IMG/VR virus record: IMGVR_UViG_3300009082_000016
Location: 32,001-96,000 of that record
Strand: one strand, 5' to 3'
From: a virus
Length of the DNA stretch: 64,000 bases
Shown: in pieces, positions 1-8,971 of the stretch
Layout: every line of letters begins with the position of its first letter
How positions within the stretch are numbered: the stretch's first letter is position 1
Notes under the pieces: model-generated
What the model saw: the letters and a program-made list of their open reading frames with translations, nothing else
What the model was told of the DNA's origin: nothing
The model's database searches: none
Position numbers and translations under genes: made by a program

Positions 1-819
1 CGCTACATGCGGCACAACGTGCCGCCCCAGTTCCAGACCCCGATGTTCGCCCGGGACAACCAGGGGACGGACGGCCGCCCGAAGTGGACGTCGCTGCCCT
101 GTTCCGCCGGCCCGGCGAACGACAGCCCGTGTCACATCTGCTCCATCCCCTCGGCGCAGGTGCGGGCGAAGCCGCGGTTCGTGTTCACCGTGATCCACCT
201 GGCCACCTACCACATGACGCCCAGCAAGAAGGACCCGGAGCGGCGCTACCCGAAGATCTGCCTCGAGGTGTACGACACCGAGTGCCCCGGCTGCAAGAAC
301 GACTACCCGACCGTCCCGGCGGCCCGGAAGTGGCTCAGCATGTCCAACCTGGACTGGGAGATCGTCAGCGAGGCCAACACCGAGCTGAAGAAGAGCTGCG
401 TCTGCGGTGGCACCCTCAAGACGGCGAAGCTGGTCTGCGGCGCCTGCGGCGACGACCTCATCGTCAGGACGGCGGAGAACAAGGAGGAGTTCCGCCGGGC
501 CCGCAAGGACGGCAAGTTCTACTGCCGCAAGTGCGGGATCGCCGTCCCGATCAAGGAGTGGAAGACCTGCTCCCAGTGCGGCAACCCCCGCGTGCGGGAC
601 GTGTTCAACTCCATCCTGTCCCTGAAGACGGTGAAGAAGGACAACTACTCGCAGATGGCCGTGACGGGCGTCCGCCCGGCGGGCGAGCTGCTGGAGCAGC
701 TGAAGGTCTACGCCGAGCCGTTCGACCTGCAGGCCATGTTCTCCCCGCGCACCCTCAAGGAGCAGAAGGAGATCGTCACGGTCCGGCGCTCGGACCAGGA
801 CTACTCCGAGGAGCGGTAG
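1..819 (+). CDS. Cys-rich multi zinc-ribbon protein, 5'-truncated; possibly an ssDNA-binding/replication accessory protein
   Basis: Frame is open from the window start; several CxxC pairs (CHIC, CPGC, CGAC, CRKC, CSQC); ends 1 nt before polA. Confidence 0.6.
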   Translation, partial: RYMRHNVPPQFQTPMFARDNQGTDGRPKWTSLPCSAGPANDSPCHICSIPSAQVRAKPRFVFTVIHLATYHMTPSKKDPERRYPKICLEVYDTECPGCKNDYPTVPAARKWLSMSNLDWEIVSEANTELKKSCVCGGTLKTAKLVCGACGDDLIVRTAENKEEFRRARKDGKFYCRKCGIAVPIKEWKTCSQCGNPRVRDVFNSILSLKTVKKDNYSQMAVTGVRPAGELLEQLKVYAEPFDLQAMFSPRTLKEQKEIVTVRRSDQDYSEER

Positions 820-820
820 C

Positions 821-3800
821 ATGCAGAGGCTGAATCTCGGTGCCGGTCGCCCGCAGATGCTCGAGACCCCCGACGCGGTTCTGGCAGCCTGCGCCTCCTT
901 CCGCGAGAAGGGGGTGGTGGCGATCGACACCGAGACGACCGGCCTCGACATCATCCGGGACGCGCCGCTCTTCGTCAGCATGAGTGACGGGGAGCGGCGC
1001 GTCGCCCTGCGGGTCGGAAGCGAGGAGTTCGCCGCCCTCGAAAGCCTGGTGGGCGACCCGCAGACCGTGAAGATCTTCCACAACTGCCTGACCGGGGACA
1101 GTAGGGTCTGGAAGGCGGACGGCACTCGGAAGACGCTGAGCAGGATGGTGGCCGAAAGGGACCCCGGACCCGTCTACTGCTTGAACGAGAAGACGGGGCA
1201 GGTCGAGGTCAGACCGGTCGTCGGGTGGGTGAACAACCCGCCGCGGGAGTGGAAGGACTGGCTCCGCATCCGCGTACGAGGCAAGGGCTGTCTGAGGCTC
1301 ACGAAGGACCATGAGGTCCTTACGGAACGTGGCCGCGTCCGGGCGGATCGGATCCAGATCGGGGACAGGATTCGCACGACCCGGCCGAACCTGTCCGCGG
1401 CCGAGCGGTCCCTCATCTACGGCTCCCTCCTGGGAGACATGTCCATCCGCCGGCAGAAGGGCGCAAAGTGCCGGAGCCCGATGCTTGTAGTCTCTCACGC
1501 CAGCGGGCAGTTCCCATACCTCTCGTTGAAGCAGATGGTGTTCAACGGCTCCCTGGGTGCCGTTCTGGAAAAGCCCTCCTTCCGTCACGGTGGGTTCTCC
1601 AACTCCAAGGGTACGCTGATGGCCCGGCTTCGTACCCAATCGGACCCCAGGCTTCTCGACGTGGAGAACGCCTGCCTCCGGCAGGGAAAGAAGACTCTGA
1701 CGCAGCCATGGTTGGAGCGCCTGGATGTTCCCGCCGTCGCGATCTGGATCTGCGACGACGGTTCCACGCAGGGGTGTTCGATGAACGCCTGCGTGACGGC
1801 CCTGGGGAAGACCGGTGCCGGGCAGCTGGCCGCAAACTTCCGGAAGCGCGGGTGGCCGGCCAGGATCGTGCCACGCAAGGACGGGCATCTGTACCTGCGA
1901 ATCTCGGGCTCGCAGGGTCCACTCATCGATCCCCGAATCGACCGATTCTGGGAACAGGTGGCGCCCTACATCCCGACCTGCATGAGCTACAAGGCCCCGA
2001 AGAAGTACCAGCACCTCTGCTCCGATTCCTACTGGTACTCCTCGGTGCCCGACAGCTCCTGGTCCGACGAAGTGACCGAGGTCGGTCCGCTCCTCCGGAA
2101 GTCGGGGACGAAAGGTCGGTACCGAGGGTACAGCCCGCGAAAGTACCGGAAGGGCCTCCGGCAGTACTGCCTCACCGTCGCAGGGCACTCCAACTTCTTC
2201 GCCGAAGGTCTGGCCGTCTCGAACTGCAAGTTCGACGTCCACATGCTGGCCAACGTCGGGATGAAGGTGAAGGGCCCCTGGCATGACACCCTCGTCATGG
2301 CCACCATGTCGGACACCAGCCGGTCGTCGAAGAGGCTGAAGGACCTGCTCGTCAGCCTGTACGGCCCGGACGACGAGCGGAGCATCCGCTACTCCGACTT
2401 CTCGGAGACGTTCGGGAAGGTGACGAAGAAGAAGACGGCGAAGCAGCTGCTCGAATCGGCCCCGATCGAGAAGGTGCTCCAGTACGCCACCTGCGACGCC
2501 TGGGGCACGTTCCAGATCTACCAGACGCTCCAGAAGCAGCTCAAGCGCATCCACAACTGGCGCGGCCAGGATCTCTGGCAGCTGTACACGTCCATCGAGG
2601 TTCCCTTCACCGAGGTGCTCTGGGGCATGGAGCGCCGGGGCGCGAAGATCGACGTTGGGAAGCTCGAGCAACTACGAGAGGACTGGACGAAGGAGATCCA
2701 GGACACGGAGCTGAAGTTCGCCCAGGCGGTCGGCCGACCCATCAACATCAACTCCGTTCCGCAACTGCGGGACTACTTCCTGCTCGAGCGAGGTCTCAAG
2801 ACCATCCGCCGCACCGTCGGCGGCGAGTCGGGCGAAGCCAAGGCCTCGCTCGACAAGGTCACCATGGGCATGTGGGTCGAACAGGGCGTGACGGAAGCGG
2901 CGCTCGTGCTTCGCTACCGGCAGCTCAGCAAGCTCGTCGGCACCTACGCCGACCCGCTGCTCAAGTTCCGTGACACGAACGACCGGGTCCACACGTCGTA
3001 CACGCAGATGGTGGACACGGGCCGGCTCGCATCCGACGAGCCGAACCTGCAGAACATCCCCGCCCGCTCGAAGGACGGGAAGAAGATCCGCGAGTGCTTC
3101 ATCGCGGACGACGGTTTCGAGCTGCTGGTCCGCGACTACGACCAGCTGGAGATGAAGCTGGCCGCCGCCCTCTCGGGCGACCCCAACATGATCAAGATCA
3201 TCCTGGAGGGGAAGGACATCCACTCCGGGAACGCGGCCATCGCGTTCGACATCCCGTACGAGGGCATCATCGCCGCCTCCCGGGCGAAGGACACGCTGGG
3301 CAAGGCGGCGCAGGCCGGCCTGCCCGGCGAGCCGCTGACCGACGAGCAGGTGTACTACCTCGTCTGCCGAGACCGCGCGAAGACCATCGGGTTCGAGACG
3401 CTCTACGGCGGCGGCATTCGCAAGCTGGCCGTCCTGCTGAAGTGCAGCGTCGACAAGGCCATCGAGATCCAGACCAAGTTCTTCGCCCCGTTCCAGGTCC
3501 TGCTCAAGTTCATCGAGCGCACGCACCAGGAGGCCCGGTCGACCCTGAGCGTCCAGACCATCACCGGCCGCTTCCGCACGCTGCCGGCCGCGGCGCTCGA
3601 CAAGACGCCGGCCCAGGCTGAAGCCTACCGACAGAGCTTCAACACCAAGATCCAGGGCAGCGGCGCCGACGCCGTGAAGCTGGCCATGATCCTGGTGTGG
3701 TTCGACGCGACGCTGCAGAAGCTGGGCAACCAGCTCGAGCTGCAGGTCCACGACGAGCTCGTCAACGAAGTTCCGAAGGAAACGGGCGAGGAGATCGACC

Positions 3801-3910
3801 GCCTCGTCGGCGAGCACATGCAGCACAGCCTCGAATCCGTGGGACTGAAACTGGCCGTGCCCCTGACCTCGTCGGGCAAGCGGGCGCAGAACTGGGCGGC
3901 CGCGAAATGA
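821..3910 (+). CDS. polA: Family A DNA polymerase (3'-5' exonuclease + polymerase, no 5'-3' exonuclease) with an intein
   Basis: ExoI DTETTG, ExoII HN..KFD, ExoIII YATCDA, TGRLAS..PNLQNIP, motif A DYDQLE, motif B RDRAKTIGF..LYG, motif C QVHDEL. Confidence 0.95.
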   Translation: MQRLNLGAGRPQMLETPDAVLAACASFREKGVVAIDTETTGLDIIRDAPLFVSMSDGERRVALRVGSEEFAALESLVGDPQTVKIFHNCLTGDSRVWKADGTRKTLSRMVAERDPGPVYCLNEKTGQVEVRPVVGWVNNPPREWKDWLRIRVRGKGCLRLTKDHEVLTERGRVRADRIQIGDRIRTTRPNLSAAERSLIYGSLLGDMSIRRQKGAKCRSPMLVVSHASGQFPYLSLKQMVFNGSLGAVLEKPSFRHGGFSNSKGTLMARLRTQSDPRLLDVENACLRQGKKTLTQPWLERLDVPAVAIWICDDGSTQGCSMNACVTALGKTGAGQLAANFRKRGWPARIVPRKDGHLYLRISGSQGPLIDPRIDRFWEQVAPYIPTCMSYKAPKKYQHLCSDSYWYSSVPDSSWSDEVTEVGPLLRKSGTKGRYRGYSPRKYRKGLRQYCLTVAGHSNFFAEGLAVSNCKFDVHMLANVGMKVKGPWHDTLVMATMSDTSRSSKRLKDLLVSLYGPDDERSIRYSDFSETFGKVTKKKTAKQLLESAPIEKVLQYATCDAWGTFQIYQTLQKQLKRIHNWRGQDLWQLYTSIEVPFTEVLWGMERRGAKIDVGKLEQLREDWTKEIQDTELKFAQAVGRPININSVPQLRDYFLLERGLKTIRRTVGGESGEAKASLDKVTMGMWVEQGVTEAALVLRYRQLSKLVGTYADPLLKFRDTNDRVHTSYTQMVDTGRLASDEPNLQNIPARSKDGKKIRECFIADDGFELLVRDYDQLEMKLAAALSGDPNMIKIILEGKDIHSGNAAIAFDIPYEGIIAASRAKDTLGKAAQAGLPGEPLTDEQVYYLVCRDRAKTIGFETLYGGGIRKLAVLLKCSVDKAIEIQTKFFAPFQVLLKFIERTHQEARSTLSVQTITGRFRTLPAAALDKTPAQAEAYRQSFNTKIQGSGADAVKLAMILVWFDATLQKLGNQLELQVHDELVNEVPKETGEEIDRLVGEHMQHSLESVGLKLAVPLTSSGKRAQNWAAAK
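1085..2224 (+). mobile_element. Intein (380 aa) with LAGLIDADG homing endonuclease
   Basis: Starts CLTGDSRV, block B TKDH, LAGLIDADG-like GSLLGDMSI and WICDDGS, ends NFFAEGLAVSN with +1 Cys; removing it restores IFHN-CKFD. Confidence 0.92.
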
Positions 3911-4341
3911 GCGTGACCATCCAGCCCGGCATCCACCCGAAGTTCGGGGGTGCTCTCATCACGAAGAGCGTGTACGACGCCAAGTTCGTGGACCGGGTGA
4001 AGAGCGAGATCCACTGGCAGAACCGGGTCTGGTGGAAGGAGAACCGGACCTGGATGTTCAACCCCACCTGCTGGAAGCAGGTGGTGACCATCAGCGTACA
4101 GGTGTTCGGGGATCGGGGCGTCCGCGTCAACGCCCACCTCTTCCCCGAGTTCGAGTGCCCCGAGCTGGTCAAGTTCTGGACGCACCAGCTCAACACGGAA
4201 GAAGAGCAGGAGGCCCTGAGCATGCTGCCGCCCTGGCTCGGCGGACAGGTGGCCGCCTCCGTGAAGGCGTACCACGAGACGAACGGGGCCAAGACGCCGG
4301 AAGAGCCGGAACCACAGAAGGGCCGGCTGATCGACCTGTAG
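3907..4341 (+). CDS. HARP-like domain protein
   Basis: ATGA overlap with the polA stop; YDAKFVDRVK...RVWWKENRTW pattern. Confidence 0.55.
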   Translation: MSVTIQPGIHPKFGGALITKSVYDAKFVDRVKSEIHWQNRVWWKENRTWMFNPTCWKQVVTISVQVFGDRGVRVNAHLFPEFECPELVKFWTHQLNTEEEQEALSMLPPWLGGQVAASVKAYHETNGAKTPEEPEPQKGRLIDL

Positions 4342-4356
4342 GTCGAGGAGGACACC

Positions 4357-4524
4357 ATGAAGGAGAAGTACGGCTACGAGAAGGACAACGACCTGACGAA
4401 GAAGGCGGCCGACTCGGGGAAGTGCCCGCAGTGCGGGTCGCCCCTCTCGGGCAACCCCCCGGTCTGCCCGAAGTGCGGGTCCGAACCGTTTGAGAAGAAG
4501 GAGAAGGAAACGAATGTCCACTGA
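4357..4524 (+). CDS. Small double zinc-ribbon protein (55 aa, not in ORF track)
   Basis: SD GAGGAGG; MKEKYGYEKD...CPQCG...CPKCG. Confidence 0.75.
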   Translation: MKEKYGYEKDNDLTKKAADSGKCPQCGSPLSGNPPVCPKCGSEPFEKKEKETNVH

Positions 4525-4891
4525 CGAGATCATCAAGGCGTTCGAGAACAACAAGTACGTGAAGGTCGTCGGGGAGACCGACACGCCGACCGGCATTCCC
4601 CTCATCGGTGTGGAAGTGACCGACATCTGCATCATGTCCGTGCTGGCCGGGACGAACTGCCCGAAAGGCGGTGACGCCGGACACGGGGGAGTGACAGTTC
4701 TCCTGATCAAGGATCTCGGCAGCGTCTGCATGGAGCTGCACGCCGACGGGAAGGAGGTGGCTTCTCAGCCCACGACGGTTCGCCTCGTTCTCCGCGGTGA
4801 CGCCGAGTGCAGCACGTTCATCGAGGGGATGAGCATGGCGATCCGCTTCCTCAAGGACCAGCGGCTGACGAACAGCGACAAGGAGACGTAG
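4514..4891 (+). CDS. Hypothetical phage protein
   Basis: SD AAGGA, typical codon usage, GGDAGHGG motif. Confidence 0.75.
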   Translation: MSTDEIIKAFENNKYVKVVGETDTPTGIPLIGVEVTDICIMSVLAGTNCPKGGDAGHGGVTVLLIKDLGSVCMELHADGKEVASQPTTVRLVLRGDAECSTFIEGMSMAIRFLKDQRLTNSDKET

Positions 4892-5001
4892 AAGAAGTGA
4901 AACGGAACCGGGGCGCCTGAAACTCGACGACTTCGTCGTTCCCGAGAAGCTGTTGTAGGGCGGGGCCCCCAGAAGGGGGCGAGGCCCAGAAAGGAAAAAA
5001 G

Positions 5002-6192
5002 ATGGTGAAGAAAGCTGTGGCCGTGAAGGACGAGATCAACAAGAAGGTGAAGGAGAAGTACGGGAAGGATCTCATCACGATGGCGAGCGACATCTCGCCG
5101 GTGTTTGACATCCGCATGCCGACCGGCCTGCCGGGGTTGGACGTGGCGATGGAGGGTGGCTTCCCGCGGGGGGTCATCGCGCAGATCGCCGGTCCGGACA
5201 GCACCGGCAAGAACGCGCTGTGCTACCAGACCGCCGGCATCTACCAGAAGATGCGGGGAAAGAAGTGCGGCATCGCGCTCTGCCCGATCGAGGGCGAGAT
5301 CGACAAGTACTTCGCCCGCAAGCTCGGGTTCCAGATCCCCCTGTCCGTGCCCGAACTCGTTCGGATGGAGCTGCGCCTGGGGCGCAAACTCACGAAGGAG
5401 GAGCGCGACGACTACACGCGCACCGTCGGGCGCGTCGGCTACATCGACCTGGACGTGGCGGAGGTCATGCTCCAGAAGGTGCTCAACGTCACCAAGACCG
5501 ATGACTTCGGCCTGATCATCGTCGACTCCGTCGCCGCCCTGCTGGCGCAGGATGACGTGGAGCGGAAGGAGCAGGGGAAGATGGTGGAGGTTCAGGTGGG
5601 CGGCGAGCGTCCGTACGCCCGCAACATCAACTCCGTCATCGGCTCCTTCACGAACCGGTTCCAGCAGGCCCGGAAGTCCAAGCCGCACGAGAAGGACAAC
5701 CTGACCACCTGCCTCATGATCAACCAGACGCGGGCCGACGTGAGCGCGAAGGGCCTTCCCTGGAAGGTCGCCGGCGCCAACGCCCTGAAGCACGCCAAGC
5801 GCGTCGACATCTGGCTCAACCACGGGCCGCGGCTTCGGCGGAACGACGTCGTCATCGGGCACACCACGTACTGGCAGATCGCGAAGGGCCAGTGCGGCGT
5901 CCACGAGGGCGCCCGGGGTGCCGTCGACTTCTACTACGATACCGGCTTCGACATCGTGAAGGACCTCTTCGATACGCTGCACGAGCACAACATGCTCGTT
6001 CACACCGGCGGTGGGAAGTGGGACTTGTGCGACGGCGAGGGCGACGTGGTGGAATCCTACGGCCGCGACATCGGCGGGAAGGACGGCCTGCTCGAGGCCG
6101 CCCGCTCGGACGAGAGCCTGCGGGAGAAGTGGAAGACCACGCTGACGACCGTGTACAGCATGCCCCCGATCTACGAAGGGTACGACGAGTAG
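5002..6192 (+). CDS. recA: RecA/UvsX-like recombinase
   Basis: PTGLPGLDVAMEGGFPRG, Walker A GPDSTGK, Walker B IIVDSVAAL, INQTR, NALKH. Confidence 0.9.
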   Translation: MVKKAVAVKDEINKKVKEKYGKDLITMASDISPVFDIRMPTGLPGLDVAMEGGFPRGVIAQIAGPDSTGKNALCYQTAGIYQKMRGKKCGIALCPIEGEIDKYFARKLGFQIPLSVPELVRMELRLGRKLTKEERDDYTRTVGRVGYIDLDVAEVMLQKVLNVTKTDDFGLIIVDSVAALLAQDDVERKEQGKMVEVQVGGERPYARNINSVIGSFTNRFQQARKSKPHEKDNLTTCLMINQTRADVSAKGLPWKVAGANALKHAKRVDIWLNHGPRLRRNDVVIGHTTYWQIAKGQCGVHEGARGAVDFYYDTGFDIVKDLFDTLHEHNMLVHTGGGKWDLCDGEGDVVESYGRDIGGKDGLLEAARSDESLREKWKTTLTTVYSMPPIYEGYDE

Positions 6193-6193
6193 C

Positions 6194-6991
6194 ATGGCGG
6201 TCCCGCAGGGAACGCACGGAAGCGTGATCGTAACCCGGGGGTCGGAGATGACTCTCTCTGACGCCCGGGAAGCGATCACGGCCTCCTACAGCGGGTTCGA
6301 CCCGCAGACGCTCCGGCGGATCGACCGGAACACGTTCCGGTTCGCCGTCAACGGGAGTCAGATGTTCCGCTTCTGGAACAGCGACATCGCCGAACTGTCC
6401 TACGACGGCAAACACATCCGGCTCTGGACCCGAGGTCACCGCACGCCCACGACCAAGGACCGGTTGAACATGATCCTGCGGTTGCTCGATTTCCCACAGC
6501 AGGTGTTCGTGCAGAACCGGGTCTGGATGATCGGGGACTCGAAGAAGGCGGTCCCGTTCGCCGAAGGCGTCATCGCCCGCATCAACGGGAAGGTTGAACT
6601 GCTCGTCGGTGGACTGGGCGAGGTCGCGAAGAAGAAGGCGCTTGAGATGCGAATCGAGAAGTTCATCGGACACGTCCGGAAGCAGCTCCACAAGGACTGG
6701 CCGGTCCCGGAAGATGGCGACTGCCTGTTGTGCAGACTGCCACTGGCAAAGGGCAACGGGTCCCCGAGCGAAGTGACGCTCGGCGGAGACTCGGATCACC
6801 TGCTGCAACACATGGACCAGAACTACGTCCACGGGTCCCTGCTACTTCGAGCCTACCGGTTCGCCGGCTACGGCTCGCCGGAGTACGTGTTCGAGTCGGA
6901 TCGTAGAGGCAAACGGGTCAGCAGCGCAGTCCGCAACCTGCGCCGTTATCTGAGGAGCCGGCTGATCGACAGCCCGCTGGGAAAGGTGTGA
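6194..6991 (+). CDS. Hypothetical protein
   Basis: Tightly packed in the operon, coherent ORF. Confidence 0.75.
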   Translation: MAVPQGTHGSVIVTRGSEMTLSDAREAITASYSGFDPQTLRRIDRNTFRFAVNGSQMFRFWNSDIAELSYDGKHIRLWTRGHRTPTTKDRLNMILRLLDFPQQVFVQNRVWMIGDSKKAVPFAEGVIARINGKVELLVGGLGEVAKKKALEMRIEKFIGHVRKQLHKDWPVPEDGDCLLCRLPLAKGNGSPSEVTLGGDSDHLLQHMDQNYVHGSLLLRAYRFAGYGSPEYVFESDRRGKRVSSAVRNLRRYLRSRLIDSPLGKV

Positions 6992-6992
6992 C

Positions 6993-7697
6993 ATGGCGTT
7001 CTTCGAATCGGCGTTCAGGGACATCCTGAAAAAGATGGGGAAGGAGGGCCACGACCCGTCGCCCTCGATCAAGCCCTCCTCCCTCTACTGCCCACGGAAG
7101 ATGACCTTCGAGATGATGCAGGTCCCGCCCAAGTACCACAACTCGGCGGAGAGCGTGCTGCGGATGGAGGACGGCAGCTCCGTCCACGAGATGATCGAGA
7201 AGATGTTCGACAAGCACCTCCCGGCCGTCCGCCCGGGCTGGACGTTCCAGTACGAGATCAAGCTGACGGCCGAGAACTGCACCCGGGCCGCCCCCCTGTT
7301 CATCCGCTGCAAGCTCGACGGCTACGGCAACGGGCCCGACGGCAACCACAAGGTGGTCGAGTTCAAGACCACCGGCGAGAACCAGATGGCTGCCCTCAAG
7401 ACCGCGAAGAAGGAGCACGTCGAGCAACTCAACACGTACATGTACCTGCTCGACGTCCGCGAAGGCGAGGTGCTCTACTTCAACCGCGGCAATCTGGCCG
7501 ACATCCGCGGGTTCGATCACATCTTCGACCCGGAACTCTGGGCGATGACGGAGGCGAAAATCCACCGTGTGCTCGAAGCGACCATGGAGGGCAAGCTCCC
7601 GCCCACGGACGTGAACCCGTTCTGGTGCCGGGATTGCCAGTACTCGTACTGCTGCAAGAACAGGGAGAAGTGGGTTGATGCGAACTGTGAAGAGTGA
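6993..7697 (+). CDS. Cas4-like PD-(D/E)XK exonuclease
   Basis: SSLYCPR, GSSVH, LDG, EFKT, QLNTY, C-terminal CRDCQYSYCC (probable Fe-S ligands). Confidence 0.85.
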   Translation: MAFFESAFRDILKKMGKEGHDPSPSIKPSSLYCPRKMTFEMMQVPPKYHNSAESVLRMEDGSSVHEMIEKMFDKHLPAVRPGWTFQYEIKLTAENCTRAAPLFIRCKLDGYGNGPDGNHKVVEFKTTGENQMAALKTAKKEHVEQLNTYMYLLDVREGEVLYFNRGNLADIRGFDHIFDPELWAMTEAKIHRVLEATMEGKLPPTDVNPFWCRDCQYSYCCKNREKWVDANCEE

Positions 7698-8166
7698 CGA
7701 GTCGTTCGAATACGCTACCCTCGAGATCGTGAAGCGGCGGCTCGAGCAGAAGGGCCTGAGGCAACCGTCGCAGCCGGAGGAAGAGCTGCCGGACACGCCG
7801 ACCCAGCTGGCGGACCTCCCGCCGGGAGAGGTGATCAACCTGTTCCGGCTCTACGAGGCCCACTACGAGCACGTCAACTACTCGCACGCGATCGCCGAGC
7901 TGCTCGTCGGCGAGTGGAAGAACAACCTCAAGCACATCCTGGCCTCCGTGAAGCAGGACCAGCCGGACGGGGACATCGAGCTCAACGAGCTCATCATCAG
8001 CGCCCGGAAGCGGCTGCAGATCCACGAGCAGGAGGCCGTGCTCCTGGGCACGCACAAGTCCGCGCTGCATCGCCGCATGGCGCTGGTCTCCCGGGCCATC
8101 GAGGGCCTGAAGCTCAGCTTCAGCGGCAGCATCCGCGGCGAGAACGCGGGGCGGGCGTGGGACTGA
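7675..8166 (+). CDS. Coiled-coil protein (start uncertain); possible recombination mediator
   Basis: Helical heptad pattern; lies next to the nuclease and recA. Confidence 0.6.
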   Translation: MMRTVKSDESFEYATLEIVKRRLEQKGLRQPSQPEEELPDTPTQLADLPPGEVINLFRLYEAHYEHVNYSHAIAELLVGEWKNNLKHILASVKQDQPDGDIELNELIISARKRLQIHEQEAVLLGTHKSALHRRMALVSRAIEGLKLSFSGSIRGENAGRAWD

Positions 8167-8747
8167 AGCACTGGAAGTTTCCGCGGGAAAAGACCGCGAT
8201 CCACCACCCGAACAACCTGTCGGTGGCGGCCAGCCGCGGCATCAAGGCGGGCATCATCAAGCCCTGTTCGATCATCCTGGACTACGGCTGCGGCTACGGA
8301 GATGACGTGCGCCAGCTCAAGATGTTGGGCTATCACCACGTCACCGGCTGGGACCCGCGAACCGAAACGCGGAGCGCCTTCAAAGCCATCACGGAGATGT
8401 ACCTGGGCATCTACCTGGCCAACGCCTGCCCGCGTCCCGTGGCGAACGTCGTCATCCTGTCCAACGTCATCAACGTGATCGAAGACCCGGAAGAGCGGCA
8501 CTGCGTGCTACTCGACGCCCTGAGCCGAGCGACCGAATGCCTGATCGTGACCGCCTACAACGGCTCGAGCGGGAAGAAGTGGGGTGACGGCGTGGTGACC
8601 CGGAAGGGCACGTTCCAGAAACCCTACTCGAAGGCCGGCTTCCGGCGCGTCATCCAGGGCACGCTGGGAAAGGTCTGCAAGAAGATCGAGTGGCACCCGC
8701 ACGCCAACCTGGCGTTCGTGTGGAAGAAGGAGGTACCCGGACCGTGA
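8157..8747 (+). CDS. Class I SAM methyltransferase resembling the DNA-phosphorothioation-associated methyltransferase family
   Basis: EKTAI..LS, LDYGCGYGDD, GWDP, VINVIEDPEER, GDGVVT.KGTFQK. Confidence 0.75.
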   Translation: MGLKHWKFPREKTAIHHPNNLSVAASRGIKAGIIKPCSIILDYGCGYGDDVRQLKMLGYHHVTGWDPRTETRSAFKAITEMYLGIYLANACPRPVANVVILSNVINVIEDPEERHCVLLDALSRATECLIVTAYNGSSGKKWGDGVVTRKGTFQKPYSKAGFRRVIQGTLGKVCKKIEWHPHANLAFVWKKEVPGP

Positions 8748-8971
8748 TCAGCATCAAGAACGAGAAGGGGTGGGAGTGCGTCGAGTACAGCCGCTGGACG
8801 GAAGGAGGCCAGTTGTACGAGACGTTCGTGTTCCGAGACCCGGAGAACCAGATGCTCCACGAGGCGGAGTGTTTCCGGCTCCAGCCGCATCTGCCGGGGG
8901 TACGCGTCCACGTCAACCTGGACGACAGTCAGCAGAAGCTGCCCGGCGTCGACGAGAAGAAGGACGGATGA
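8744..8971 (+). CDS. Hypothetical protein
   Basis: GTGA overlap with the upstream stop, SD GGAGG. Confidence 0.6.
   Translation: MISIKNEKGWECVEYSRWTEGGQLYETFVFRDPENQMLHEAECFRLQPHLPGVRVHVNLDDSQQKLPGVDEKKDG

Noticed and set aside
6993-7697. Cas4-like gene as evidence of CRISPR-Cas
   Set aside because: No repeat-spacer array or other cas genes are present, and solo Cas4-like nucleases are common in phage replication modules.
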